Positions 1-9,985 of a stretch of DNA of 64,000 nt are shown in pieces. This stretch comes from Promethearchaeota archaeon. Lineage in GTDB: Archaea > Asgardarchaeota > Heimdallarchaeia > Hodarchaeales > Hodarchaeaceae. Each line of letters begins with the position of its first letter. Within the stretch, counting starts at the first letter, position 1. The stretch spans positions 1-64,000 of the forward strand of contig JBHLMN010000006.1 of assembly GCA_048938105.1 (NCBI GenBank), in the 5' to 3' direction. The translations under genes were made by a program, and so were the position numbers. The notes beneath the pieces were generated by a model that was not told the DNA's origin, did no database searches, and was given only the letters and a program-made list of their open reading frames with translations.

Positions 1-76
1 TCTTGCCTGCTTTGTACATTTTCCATGCTGCATGATAAGTTATTCCAATTTCTTGTGCCCATTTTGATAATTTCAT
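1..76 (-). mobile_element. tnpA: IS607-family serine-recombinase transposase TnpA, 5' end only (runs off the window edge)
   Basis: Not in the ORF track. Reverse complement from ATG at 76 reads MKLSKWAQEIGITYHAAWKMYKAGK, the typical IS607 TnpA N-terminal HTH (MKLSxWAxxxGIxYxxAWxxxKxGK). TATA-like CTTATATA upstream on the minus strand. Confidence 0.8.
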
Positions 77-203
77 CCGACTAACAACTAATATTTTTCT
101 ATATAAGCACATGAATTATTAGACAGCTCACCAACCCTCTCATAAAATACTAGTGTTAAACTGGAAAAAAGATTAGAAAATTGAGTCATCCTATCTTCTT
201 CAA

Positions 204-1904
204 CTATTTTTGAATAAATTTATACTGATCAAAGGTTTGATCATTTCCACTATATTCGAACCAGTCGTAGTCCGCATGATTTGCTGACTCCTTCCCTTGC
301 GAAGATGCATACATTCCCATGATCACTCCCACAAACCCCCCAGCCACGGCCGTACTTAGATGCGTGCCATCTACTTCCTCCATAACAACCTGCCATTTAT
401 CTTGCTCCAGTGCATAATAAAATCCATAAAGTCCCCCTTTTGCCTCAATTTTAAGGTAGATTTTTTTATCCAATAAATCCGATTTCAGGATAATCTCATT
501 TAAAATCTTTACCCTTTCTGACTTTTCCCTTAGGAGATTTTTTGAATCATTTTGATATGTGAAACCTGACTGTGATTGAAATGGTTCTGCTTTTTCCAAC
601 CTGATGACAGCTTTACTGGCAGATAATGTTTTGCCTAAATAATAGTAATGGGACTCGTTCTGAAAAGCCACAATCCCAGAAGTCTCGTTTTCCTCTTTAG
701 GTATGAACAACAGGGAAACAGAAACTGTACAATTCAAATGCTGCTGACGTCTACCGATAAATGCTGGATTTTCCCTTTGCCACAACTGCTGCGTCTGACA
801 TTGAATTATTAACTTGCCCATATGCGGTTTTAAATCATACCACTTCTTTTTTGGAGTACGTAAAAAAATCCAATAGTGGGCCAGTTTTTTTGTCTCGAAA
901 TCATCCTTTAAACTAAAATTACCGTTTAAAGGAAAGGAGTTCACTTCCGCTTTTTTCAAATCTGGTACAGGATAAACATAGAGAACCGTTTCCAAGCCAG
1001 GATTGATCAGAGGCCAGCCATTACTCCATGTTACAGGTGTCATAAAGGTTTCCCTACCAGTATTACAATAAAAATCCTGGTAAGGTCTGCAACCCAAAAA
1101 TACCGCCCACCATTCTCCGTTGGGTGTTTCCACAAAATCCGCATGGCCCGTACAGGTAACAGGATACCATCTATTTGGATTTAAATGCCTTTGCGTTAAG
1201 ATTGGATTACCTGGATAACTTTGATAAGGACCGATTACTTCTTTTGATCGGAATACAACCTGAGAATGGTCAATACTTGTTCCCCCTTCTGCGGCAATCA
1301 AATAATAATAATCATCCTTCTTAAAAATATGCGGACCCTCAATCCAGATAGGTTTTTTACTCAGATTGGTTCCGCCATTGACCAGCAGGTGCTTGTCACC
1401 AATAATTTTCCGATTAACCAGATCATACTCATAAATCCAGATGGCACGATGTCCTTCATACAACGATTTATTCCCAGGCGGATCGCTGTTATAAACGATA
1501 TAACACTTACCCTCATCATCAAAAAAAGGCGAAGGATCAATGCCTACTACCTCGGGTAACCAAATAGGATTTGACCAGGGACCCGCAGGGTTTTTAGCAG
1601 TAACAATAAAATTTCCCCCTCCCCCAACTATAGTATTGGTCAGATAATATGTGCCCTGGTGATATCTGATTGCTGGAGCAAAAACTCCTTCAGATACACC
1701 AAGTCCATCCAGATCCAATTGTTCGGGTCGATCCAGTACATGACCGATCTGCTCCCAGTGCACCAGATCCTTGCTGTGAAAAATGGGAATACCAGGGAAA
1801 AAAGCAAAGGTGGAATTAATCAGGTAATAATCTTCCCTAACGCGGCAAATACTTGGATCAGGGTAAAATCCTGCCAGGATAGGATTAGAATAGTATGGTT
1901 TCAT
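204..1904 (-). CDS. GH43 beta-xylosidase/alpha-L-arabinofuranosidase with C-terminal beta-sandwich
   Basis: NPILAGFYPDPSI, GIDPSPFFD, WIEGPHI, TGHADFV, GRET motifs. No signal peptide. Confidence 0.93.
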   Translation of the reverse strand: MKPYYSNPILAGFYPDPSICRVREDYYLINSTFAFFPGIPIFHSKDLVHWEQIGHVLDRPEQLDLDGLGVSEGVFAPAIRYHQGTYYLTNTIVGGGGNFIVTAKNPAGPWSNPIWLPEVVGIDPSPFFDDEGKCYIVYNSDPPGNKSLYEGHRAIWIYEYDLVNRKIIGDKHLLVNGGTNLSKKPIWIEGPHIFKKDDYYYLIAAEGGTSIDHSQVVFRSKEVIGPYQSYPGNPILTQRHLNPNRWYPVTCTGHADFVETPNGEWWAVFLGCRPYQDFYCNTGRETFMTPVTWSNGWPLINPGLETVLYVYPVPDLKKAEVNSFPLNGNFSLKDDFETKKLAHYWIFLRTPKKKWYDLKPHMGKLIIQCQTQQLWQRENPAFIGRRQQHLNCTVSVSLLFIPKEENETSGIVAFQNESHYYYLGKTLSASKAVIRLEKAEPFQSQSGFTYQNDSKNLLREKSERVKILNEIILKSDLLDKKIYLKIEAKGGLYGFYYALEQDKWQVVMEEVDGTHLSTAVAGGFVGVIMGMYASSQGKESANHADYDWFEYSGNDQTFDQYKFIQK

Positions 1905-2291
1905 ATTTCAGTCCTTTGTCACTGATTCAAGTTGTGATATTGTACAAAAATACTTATAGATTAGGGAAAAAGCATAGATAACCATTTCTCATCCAACTAA
2001 GCTACCTCACTTTACTCCTCATAAAGTAATAGAAATTAGTATGGAATTAGCAAAATTAAGAAAATGGAAAGTTTTAGAGACAATATTGTCAGATACTATT
2101 CATTCAATGTCATCGACATAAATAGAACCATTATATTTTCATTTAGGTGAGAAAGATACTAATAAATGAATAAAAAAAATGGAAAAGGAAAGATAAAAAG
2201 AAGCAGAATTTATTAACGAATTTAGAAGGAAAAACAAGTCGGAGAATCCTTAAGATACATATATTTTATCTGAAATAAAGGAAGAATACAA

Positions 2292-2720
2292 ATGAATATC
2301 CCTAAGGATCTTTTAGAAATAAAAGAATATTCAAAAGAGGGTTACAAACCTGTAATTGATTATGGAGCGTGGCGAGTAGCGATCCTAAATTTCATTGACG
2401 AACTAGTACCAGAAAACATTGACTCTATGAGTAAACATGATGAAACAGATGAAGTCTTTGTATTGTTGAAAGGTAATTGTATTCTCTTTATAGCTGAAGG
2501 AAACGAAAGGAAAATTACAAAGTTGTATGCAGAAGATATGGTTCCTTATAAAATATACAATATCAAGAGAGGAGTCTGGCATAACCATACATTAAGCCAA
2601 GATGCGATGATTTTAATTGTAGAAAATCAAGATACGACTGAATCAAATTCCCCTGTTATAGAACTGACAGAAAAACAACAAAATGAAATCATAGACTTGA
2701 CCACTCGCTTATGGAATTAA
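2292..2720 (+). CDS. Cupin-fold protein
   Basis: HDETDEVFVLLKG and GVWHNH cupin-like metal motifs. Confidence 0.65.
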   Translation: MNIPKDLLEIKEYSKEGYKPVIDYGAWRVAILNFIDELVPENIDSMSKHDETDEVFVLLKGNCILFIAEGNERKITKLYAEDMVPYKIYNIKRGVWHNHTLSQDAMILIVENQDTTESNSPVIELTEKQQNEIIDLTTRLWN

Positions 2721-2797
2721 GTTTTCTAATAACTAGGGGATTAAGGCTTTACTACAGATATCCCTTGATAGATTGAGTACCGATTGTGTGTTTGAGG

Positions 2798-3802
2798 ATG
2801 AAAGTTAAATCAAAAAAACCTTTAACAATCACTGAGATCCAACAGATTATTGATGCATCATTTGGTACTACTAAACTTGGATCAATCATGGAACTCACAG
2901 ATGGGTGGTTTAATACTGCTTACTCAATCGAAATACCTGATCTTGGCAAGGAGGTTGTAATGAAAGTTGCACCTCCATCTGAAGTTAGAATATTAACATA
3001 TGAAAAGGATATAATGAAAACAGAAGTTCATGTATATAAAATTCTGAAAGAGAATACAGATGTACCAGTACCAGAAATATTAAGCTTTAATTTTAACCAA
3101 GATATAATAAATCGAGACTATTTTATTATGGAAAAGTTAAAAGGTATTCCTTGGAATAAAATCGAAAGCAAACTTAGCCACAAGCAGAATGATCAGCTGA
3201 AATATAAAACGGGTGTTTATGCAGCACAAATTAATTCAATTATTGGAAACCATTTTGGTTATTTCACTGATTCAAAGAAATCTTACAATAAAAGCTGGAA
3301 AAATACATTTGTAAATATGATTAAAAACGTTCTAGATGATGGAATTGAATTAAACGCTAAGATTCCACAATCCCCGAAAGACATAATGAAGTTAATTGAG
3401 AACAAGGCTACTGTTTTAGAAGATGTAAAAGTACCTCAGTTAGTTCACTGGGATTTATGGGAGGGAAATATCTTTATTACTGAACAGGAGCAAGAAGAGT
3501 ATTCCATTGAGGGAATAATTGATTGTGAGCGAGCCCTCTGGGGTGATCCAATCATAGAATATGAGTTTATGCATGCACCAAGTAATCAAGCTTTTCTTGA
3601 TGGTTTTGAATCCGAAATTAAAGAAAAATTTGAGTTTACGAATGATATAGAGCAACGAAGACAATTATATAATGTCTACCTCTTTTTGATACTAGTAATT
3701 GAATCAAAAAGCAGAGGATATTATGGAAATGAAGCCATGAAAATAATACAATGGGCAAATTTTGAGTTACAGAGCAATATCTCTCATCTTGAGAAGAAGT
3801 AA
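2798..3802 (+). CDS. Aminoglycoside-phosphotransferase (APH)/choline-kinase-like kinase
   Basis: GWFN loop, VMKVAP, HWDLWEGNIF (Brenner motif), IIDCE. The ATG at 2798, just after GAGG, is preferred over the ORF-track GTG at 2786. Confidence 0.85.
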   Translation: MKVKSKKPLTITEIQQIIDASFGTTKLGSIMELTDGWFNTAYSIEIPDLGKEVVMKVAPPSEVRILTYEKDIMKTEVHVYKILKENTDVPVPEILSFNFNQDIINRDYFIMEKLKGIPWNKIESKLSHKQNDQLKYKTGVYAAQINSIIGNHFGYFTDSKKSYNKSWKNTFVNMIKNVLDDGIELNAKIPQSPKDIMKLIENKATVLEDVKVPQLVHWDLWEGNIFITEQEQEEYSIEGIIDCERALWGDPIIEYEFMHAPSNQAFLDGFESEIKEKFEFTNDIEQRRQLYNVYLFLILVIESKSRGYYGNEAMKIIQWANFELQSNISHLEKK

Positions 3803-3825
3803 ACATTATTTTCGGCATCTCTTAT

Positions 3826-4911
3826 TTAAGCAGGAATTCCAGCTTGAAGAGCGCTTAAGGTTGCATTATCTAGCCTTTCTTCTTTTGAATAGTTAGGATT
3901 ATTTTGATATTTTTCAGTGAAATCATAAATACCAAAATCCATGTTTTTGTAACTCCAATAAGTATATGAGATCTGATGTTTCTGAAAAATTGATATTACA
4001 TCAGTAAGCCAGTTCTTGCGGGTTTCTGGATCCGCTTTTGCCACGCAGCCGAACTCTCCACATAAAATTGGGACATTATGCTTCTTTTTAAAGGCTAGGA
4101 CAGGAGTAATTGCCTTTTCAAGTTCTGATTTATTCCATTCTATATCCTGTCTCTCAAAAAATAACGCAAATTGTGGAGAGATTTTGGCAACCTCCTCTTT
4201 CACGCTTGTTAACCCTTCAGGCCTTCCTGGATATTTTAAATACTTTCTATAGATATTATTATAAACAAAAGGAACCCATTCAGCCATCTGATGAGTAATT
4301 ACATGTGGTTCATAAAAATGAAAACTGTAACTAATTTTTTCATCAGTAAATTTTCTCATACTCTTAAAAGTGGAGGTTTGTCCCCAAAGATTTGATTCCA
4401 CGATGATATACTTATTTTGATCATTTTTTCTAATTATTGGAATAGTTTCCTCCACCAACTCATACCAATCGGAGTCCTCTGACGCTAGTGGTTCGTTCAT
4501 AATATCATACATAATATTATTTGACTTTTGATATCTTTTAGAAAACATCTCCCAAATCTTTAGAAATCTTTCACGATTCTCTGAGTCTTTATCCCAAAGA
4601 TCATTGTTCTCACTTTCTCTAATATCGAAAGTATGGCCTGGGGCTTTATGTAAATCTAAAATAAGAACAATATCTTTTTTATGAGTCCATTTCACAACTT
4701 TATCGATTAGTTTTAATCTATCTTCTAAATAACGATATGGGGTCTCATCTTTTTCAAAGAAAAAATAATCAACGGGTAGTCTAACAACATTAAATCCCCA
4801 CTCTTTAATGATTTCTATATCATCCACTGTTATAAATGTATTCAGATGTTCTTCAGTGAATTCTTCCACTTGAGAAAAATACCCACCTATATTCAAACCT
4901 TGGAAGTACAT
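3826..4911 (-). CDS. GH5 endoglucanase, CelC-like
   Basis: GLNIGGYFSQ...HLNTFIT...VRLPVDY N-terminus resembles C. thermocellum CelC. Acid/base NEP, HFY, nucleophile GEFG. Confidence 0.9.
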   Translation of the reverse strand: MYFQGLNIGGYFSQVEEFTEEHLNTFITVDDIEIIKEWGFNVVRLPVDYFFFEKDETPYRYLEDRLKLIDKVVKWTHKKDIVLILDLHKAPGHTFDIRESENNDLWDKDSENRERFLKIWEMFSKRYQKSNNIMYDIMNEPLASEDSDWYELVEETIPIIRKNDQNKYIIVESNLWGQTSTFKSMRKFTDEKISYSFHFYEPHVITHQMAEWVPFVYNNIYRKYLKYPGRPEGLTSVKEEVAKISPQFALFFERQDIEWNKSELEKAITPVLAFKKKHNVPILCGEFGCVAKADPETRKNWLTDVISIFQKHQISYTYWSYKNMDFGIYDFTEKYQNNPNYSKEERLDNATLSALQAGIPA

Positions 4912-5065
4912 GAAAATATCTCCTTGTCTAGATAAAACTCATTAGTCCTTCAAATTAAGTTTTTTTCCAAATTGAAATACTTGCTTAATCCAATATTGTT
5001 TCTTCTTTGTAATATATTTTTTATTTTAGTTCATTTTTGAGACAAAAATTAAGGATATTACTAAT

Positions 5066-6484
5066 ATGCCGAATTCTATTCTATTTCCAAACGATTTTCT
5101 CTTTGGAGTTGCAACTAGCTCCTTTCAAGTTGAAGGAGCCTGGAATAAAGATGGGAAAGGAGAATCCATTTGGGATAAAATTTGCCATACTCCTGGAACA
5201 ATTGAAAATGGTGATACGGGTAATGTTTCCTGTGACCATTATTCCCGTTATTCTGCAGATATCAAATTAATGAAAGAACTTGGCGTTAATGCTTACCGTT
5301 TTTCAATTTCATGGCCTCGTATTTTCCCTACAGGAGAAGGCGAAACTAATTCTAAAGGAATAAAATTCTACAATCGTCTTATTAATGAGTTAATTATGAA
5401 TGAGATTACTCCATTTGCTACCCTTTATCATTGGGATTTACCTTTAAAGCTTTACACCGATCACGATGGATGGCAGAGCGAAAAAGTTGTTGATGCTTTT
5501 GTAGCATATGCCAATTATGTCTTTAAACAGTTTGGTGATCGTGTTAAACATTGGATTACTTTCAATGAACCTCAAATCTTTGTAGCTCATCATCCCAATA
5601 CTGAGGGGTTTAAAAAAACCTTTGGAATTAACAAAGGGGAATTAGAAAGTAGAGCTGATGCAATTGTAGAACTACAGAACGTGTATAAAGCCCATGCTCG
5701 TACAATCCAAGCATATCGGGATTTAGATCATTCAGATGGAGGAAAGATTGGAATAGCAATCAACCTTCTACCAGTTTATCCCATATCGGAACACCCAAGT
5801 GATCAAACATTGGTTCACATTGTCGATTCTGAAGCAAATAGGTTATATTTAGAGCCAGTACTATTGGGATCTTATCCTCGTGATTTAATTGAACAGTATG
5901 AGCAGATGTTTAAAATCTCATTCCCACAAGATGAGACAGCATTGTTAAAATCCGTGCTTCCATTGGATTTTCTTGGAATAAATTATTACACTAGGTTACG
6001 AATTGGTTTTAATAATCCAGAAGAGATAACTGATGATGCTTCATTTATGAAAAAGCTCCAAGCTCGAGATATTCAAGTTAATCCTCCTCAGGAAGGTGTA
6101 GAATATTCTGAAATGAACTGGGAAATTTATCCTGATGGCCTGTATGATATTTTGAAGAGAGTGGACGAAGAATACAACCCTCCTGAAATATACATAACAG
6201 AGAATGGCATGGCAGCCAAAGATGATAAAATAATTGATAATTTAGTGTACGATACCGATAGAGTGGATTATTTGCGACAACATTTTTTGCAAGCAAATAA
6301 AGCTATCAAGGCAGGAATTAATCTTAAAGGAGTCTTTATTTGGAGTCTTTTGGATAACTTCGAGTGGTTTCATGGCTATAGTAAACGATTCGGTTTAATT
6401 CGTGTGGATTTTAACACTCAAGAACGTATTTGGAAGAAAAGTGCCCATTGGTATCAGCAGGTAATCGAAAACAGAGGACTCTAA
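5066..6484 (+). CDS. GH1 beta-glucosidase
   Basis: FLFGVATSSFQVEG, TFNEP, YITENG, DNFEW. Confidence 0.95.
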   Translation: MPNSILFPNDFLFGVATSSFQVEGAWNKDGKGESIWDKICHTPGTIENGDTGNVSCDHYSRYSADIKLMKELGVNAYRFSISWPRIFPTGEGETNSKGIKFYNRLINELIMNEITPFATLYHWDLPLKLYTDHDGWQSEKVVDAFVAYANYVFKQFGDRVKHWITFNEPQIFVAHHPNTEGFKKTFGINKGELESRADAIVELQNVYKAHARTIQAYRDLDHSDGGKIGIAINLLPVYPISEHPSDQTLVHIVDSEANRLYLEPVLLGSYPRDLIEQYEQMFKISFPQDETALLKSVLPLDFLGINYYTRLRIGFNNPEEITDDASFMKKLQARDIQVNPPQEGVEYSEMNWEIYPDGLYDILKRVDEEYNPPEIYITENGMAAKDDKIIDNLVYDTDRVDYLRQHFLQANKAIKAGINLKGVFIWSLLDNFEWFHGYSKRFGLIRVDFNTQERIWKKSAHWYQQVIENRGL

Positions 6485-6506
6485 ATGATGAAATTCCTTC
6501 ATTTGA

Positions 6507-7069
6507 TTAACTCAAAAGATGTTTTGTATATCCTAGTGCAACCAACTTCTTGTAAGCCTCCCAGACATCCTCTGGAATTACTTGAAAAATCTGGAATCCT
6601 TTTCTCGGATAAATCTTAATTCTTTGTAGGTCTCAACTAAAATATAAATTACATCTTCTTTCACTATTTTTTTGGCAGGATATCTATCGAAATCAATTGG
6701 AGGAGACGTCAAGATTATTTCCTTTTCTAGCCAAAGCTTTTTGAAAGTTGTATATGCTCTTCTTTCCATATATGGTTTTTGAACAACAATTATCTTCTTG
6801 GGATCAATATTCTTACCCTGTAACTGCTATTTTTGCAAACACCTCTGCTTCTTTCCAATCGGTCTTTAACAAATCGCTTTTACTACGAATTCCTCCAGAA
6901 AAAATGATGATTGGAGCCCAACTCTCAAGAAATAATCTAGCTGCATATTCAGCAATTGTAAATCATGGCTTCCAAGAACAAAAATACAATCAGATTTCTC
7001 AAGTTTATGATTCATATGATGATAATCCCAGATAGTCTTTGCTAATTGATTTACGTCTTCTGATTTCAT
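6507..7069 (-). pseudogene. YdcF/DUF218-family pseudogene
   Basis: Stitching frames gives IWDYHHMNHKLEKSDCIFVLGSHDL / IAEYAARLFLESWAPIIIFSGG...EAEVFAKIA / KKIIVVQKPYMERRAY...ILV / DLQRIKIYPRKGFQI...IPEDVWEAYKKLVALGYTKHLLS*. Frame breaks near 6957, 6824 (with an apparent internal deletion) and 6633. Confidence 0.85.
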
Positions 7070-7265
7070 AAAAAAAACAAGTATTTCAAATGTCTTAAAG
7101 ATATCTTAGAATTTATTGAGGATTAGAACCAGGTTTCAGATCATAATACTTCTAGCCGAAGATTGACACTCCAACTGTAAAGAAAAGCTATCAAACAATA
7201 ACTGATAATTTTATAGAATAGTTAATTAGGAAAATTAATGTGTTTGGAGATCTTTGTTTCTATAT

Positions 7266-7301
7266 ATTTGACTAAAATGATAAGCATCATGATGAATCAT
7301 C
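7266..7301 (-). repeat. Duplicate of dinB 3' segment (copy 1 of a 36-bp direct repeat)
   Basis: ATTTGACTAAAATGATAAGCATCATGATGAATCATC versus 9406-9441 ATTTGACCAAAATGATATGCATCATGATGAATCATC, 34/36 identical. Confidence 0.9.
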
Positions 7302-7387
7302 AAATAGAAGAAGGACTGGAAACTAAGCATAGTTTTATAAGAGATCTAAATCGAAATAAATTGTGATAAAGACAAGAGGTTCATTAG

Positions 7388-9250
7388 TTGGAAGTATCAG
7401 TCGAATTGGAGCAATTGAAAAGTATTATGAATCAAGGACATCTCAAAGAGGTGTTTGAGAAGGTGGAAAAAATGGAGGAAAGAGAGGGATTGAAGGGTCT
7501 CGAGAAACTTGAGATTATGCTCCTGAAAAGTAACATCCTTTACAATTGGGAAAAATATGAGGAAAGTGTCAGAATTACTGAATCAATATTACTAGAAACT
7601 AAAAGGTTAGGTAAGTATCACCAAGAGGTTGATGCACTCATTCTCCTAGCAAAAAACTTATTAATACTTGGTAGAGATAGTGAAAGCCTCCAACATATTG
7701 AACAGGGAGAACAGATACTTGCAGCACGATCTCAAGGACAGTTTTCAGAGAATACGCAAAGAAAGGCTGCCTTATTGAATTGTCGAGGAATATATGCCAG
7801 AATGCAAGGAAATTCTGAACAGTCAATAAAATATCATCTACAAAGTCTGTTTTTGAATGAAGAGACGGGGGATAAACAAGAGATAACTTTCTCCCTCATT
7901 AATATCAGCAGAACCCTAGCTCATTATTTCAATACACCACGTGATGTGATGAATGAGTCTGATTATGACCAGTTATTGGAATTCTCGCAGAAAAATTTAA
8001 CATTAGCAAAGGAAAACGCTAATAAAATATCAATTTCTACCTATCTTGACATAATAGCTGGTTTTTATTGTTGGAAGGGTAATTGGGATCGAGCATTAGA
8101 ATACTGGCATCAGGCTTTGGAAATATATAAGGAAATCGGCTACAAAAAACTTACTAGCTTTTGTTTTTTTAGTTTTGGTCTCACTTACCGTAATAAAGGT
8201 GATATAGACCAATCTCTGAAATATCACCAGGAAAACTTAGTTCTATGCAAGAAAATGGGCTGGAAAATAAGTTCTGCTTGGTGCCTTTATTATATTGGTG
8301 ACAATCATCAGGCAAAAGGTGATCTAGATCAAGCTTTAGAATACCTACAACAATGTCTAGTCATATTTAAGGAGAATGACAGTAAATGGGGCATTATGAT
8401 TGCTCATCATTCGATGGGTTTAGCCTACGCTCAAAAATACGATTTTAACAAGGCGTTGAAACATCTCCAACAAGAGCTGAAATTATCAGAAGAATTCGGT
8501 AATAGAAGGGTTATGAGTACAGCTCTCTTTGAGCTCGTTTCAGTTTCCATTGAGATGAATGCTTTAGAACAGGCACAACAATACCATCAACACTTACAGA
8601 GGATCAATAATCAGCAGAAAGACGTTCTTATTCACCAAATGCGTCTTTTGGGGGAGGCAATGATTCTGAAAACAAGTAGAAGGGCACGAAGCAGAGTTAG
8701 GGCTGAGGATTTGCTTCAACAAGTCATTCAGGAAAAGACAAGACTACAGATTGGGTATCAATTAGATAGTAAAGCCATATTCCATCTATGTGACCTTCTT
8801 TTATTCGAATTGCGCATATCTGAGGAACAAGAAATACTGACTGAGGTACAAACTCTTCTAGCTCAACTAAACGAAATTGCTAAAACTCAAAATTCTTATT
8901 CTTTGCTTATTCAAGTCTTCTTACTTCAAGCTAAGCTAGCTTTGATGGAACTGGAACTGGATAAGGCAAAACAGTTGTTATCACAAGCCCAAACACTCGC
9001 GGAAGAAAAAGGCTTAAAAAATTTAGCCATGAAGATCACAAAGGAACGAGTAACTTTAGTTAATCAACTGGCTAAATGGATTAACCTCCGTGAACAAGAA
9101 GAAAAGCCTTCTATGAGCGAAATGTTTGAATTAACTAAAATAGATGACCTCATTGAAAAGATCATTAGAAATAAACTTTATTCTAAAGAGAAAGACATCA
9201 TAGATTACGTAACGAAAATATCTGAGATTGTAACAACATGGGAAAAATAA
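7388..9250 (+). CDS. Tetratricopeptide-repeat protein (Heimdallarchaeia-type)
   Basis: Repeated ~40-aa units (G..Y..KGD.DQALEY.QQ.L.I.KE) and a helical C-terminal domain. TTG start after GAGGT. Confidence 0.9.
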   Translation: MEVSVELEQLKSIMNQGHLKEVFEKVEKMEEREGLKGLEKLEIMLLKSNILYNWEKYEESVRITESILLETKRLGKYHQEVDALILLAKNLLILGRDSESLQHIEQGEQILAARSQGQFSENTQRKAALLNCRGIYARMQGNSEQSIKYHLQSLFLNEETGDKQEITFSLINISRTLAHYFNTPRDVMNESDYDQLLEFSQKNLTLAKENANKISISTYLDIIAGFYCWKGNWDRALEYWHQALEIYKEIGYKKLTSFCFFSFGLTYRNKGDIDQSLKYHQENLVLCKKMGWKISSAWCLYYIGDNHQAKGDLDQALEYLQQCLVIFKENDSKWGIMIAHHSMGLAYAQKYDFNKALKHLQQELKLSEEFGNRRVMSTALFELVSVSIEMNALEQAQQYHQHLQRINNQQKDVLIHQMRLLGEAMILKTSRRARSRVRAEDLLQQVIQEKTRLQIGYQLDSKAIFHLCDLLLFELRISEEQEILTEVQTLLAQLNEIAKTQNSYSLLIQVFLLQAKLALMELELDKAKQLLSQAQTLAEEKGLKNLAMKITKERVTLVNQLAKWINLREQEEKPSMSEMFELTKIDDLIEKIIRNKLYSKEKDIIDYVTKISEIVTTWEK

Positions 9251-9356
9251 ATAGCTTAAAATAACGAGAAGATTGGATTATATTATGTCCGATAGATAAT
9301 TTCTTTTTATATAGTAGAAATATTTTCACTTAAAATAATTAAATCACGAAATAACT

Positions 9357-9887
9357 TCATAGGGCCTCCCTATTCATTATTTTATAGAGATTTTTTATGG
9401 TACGAATTTGACCAAAATGATATGCATCATGATGAATCATCGTTGAGATAATCTGTTTAATTGGCCATAAATCCCCCCAATTCGTAGAAACCATCTCTTC
9501 TAATTGGTCATCAGCTAGATTCTGAAGACTGTTTATTAATCTTGTCTGAGTTTGTTTCAAATAAACAATACAGTTTGGCCATTCGGGGCTTTCGAGGTCG
9601 CTCCAGTTCAGGGCACCTTCTCTGAAAGCATACTCGTCATACATCTGCTTACATTGTGCAATATGAACGACCTTATATTCAATAGTAGAGACAGGATCTA
9701 ATATCTGTGTTGAAATCCATTCATTCCCTTTTTCATTCCATTGTCTAATGATTTCTAATGTTCTAGAATGAGGAGTAAGCGCCCATTGTGCTTCTTCCTT
9801 CGGAATTTCATTTAATGTTTGTATTAATTCTTGAAAACCCCTCTCTAACTCCCATATCATCATTGGAACTATTTTTTGCTTATTCAT
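9357..9887 (-). CDS. DinB/YfiT-family protein
   Basis: VVHIAQ and HHDAYHFGQI histidine motifs, four-helix pattern. Confidence 0.85.
   Translation of the reverse strand: MNKQKIVPMMIWELERGFQELIQTLNEIPKEEAQWALTPHSRTLEIIRQWNEKGNEWISTQILDPVSTIEYKVVHIAQCKQMYDEYAFREGALNWSDLESPEWPNCIVYLKQTQTRLINSLQNLADDQLEEMVSTNWGDLWPIKQIISTMIHHDAYHFGQIRTIKNLYKIMNREAL
9406..9441 (-). repeat. Copy 2 of the 36-bp direct repeat (inside dinB, encodes MIHHDAYHFGQ)
   Basis: 34/36 match to 7266-7301, 2140 bp apart. Confidence 0.9.
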
Positions 9888-9985
9888 GACCTATAAACCC
9901 TCTTAAATTCCCTAAGTAGTCTTGTGTACCGAATGGTTTAAATTAGTTTATTATACAAAATAGTAAGCTTATCTGGTTAACTCTC

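Noticed and set aside
1978-2253. Possible gene remnant between GH43 and the cupin gene, with palindrome GACAATATTGTC
   Set aside because: The reading frame looks protein-like but has several stops and no recognisable family.
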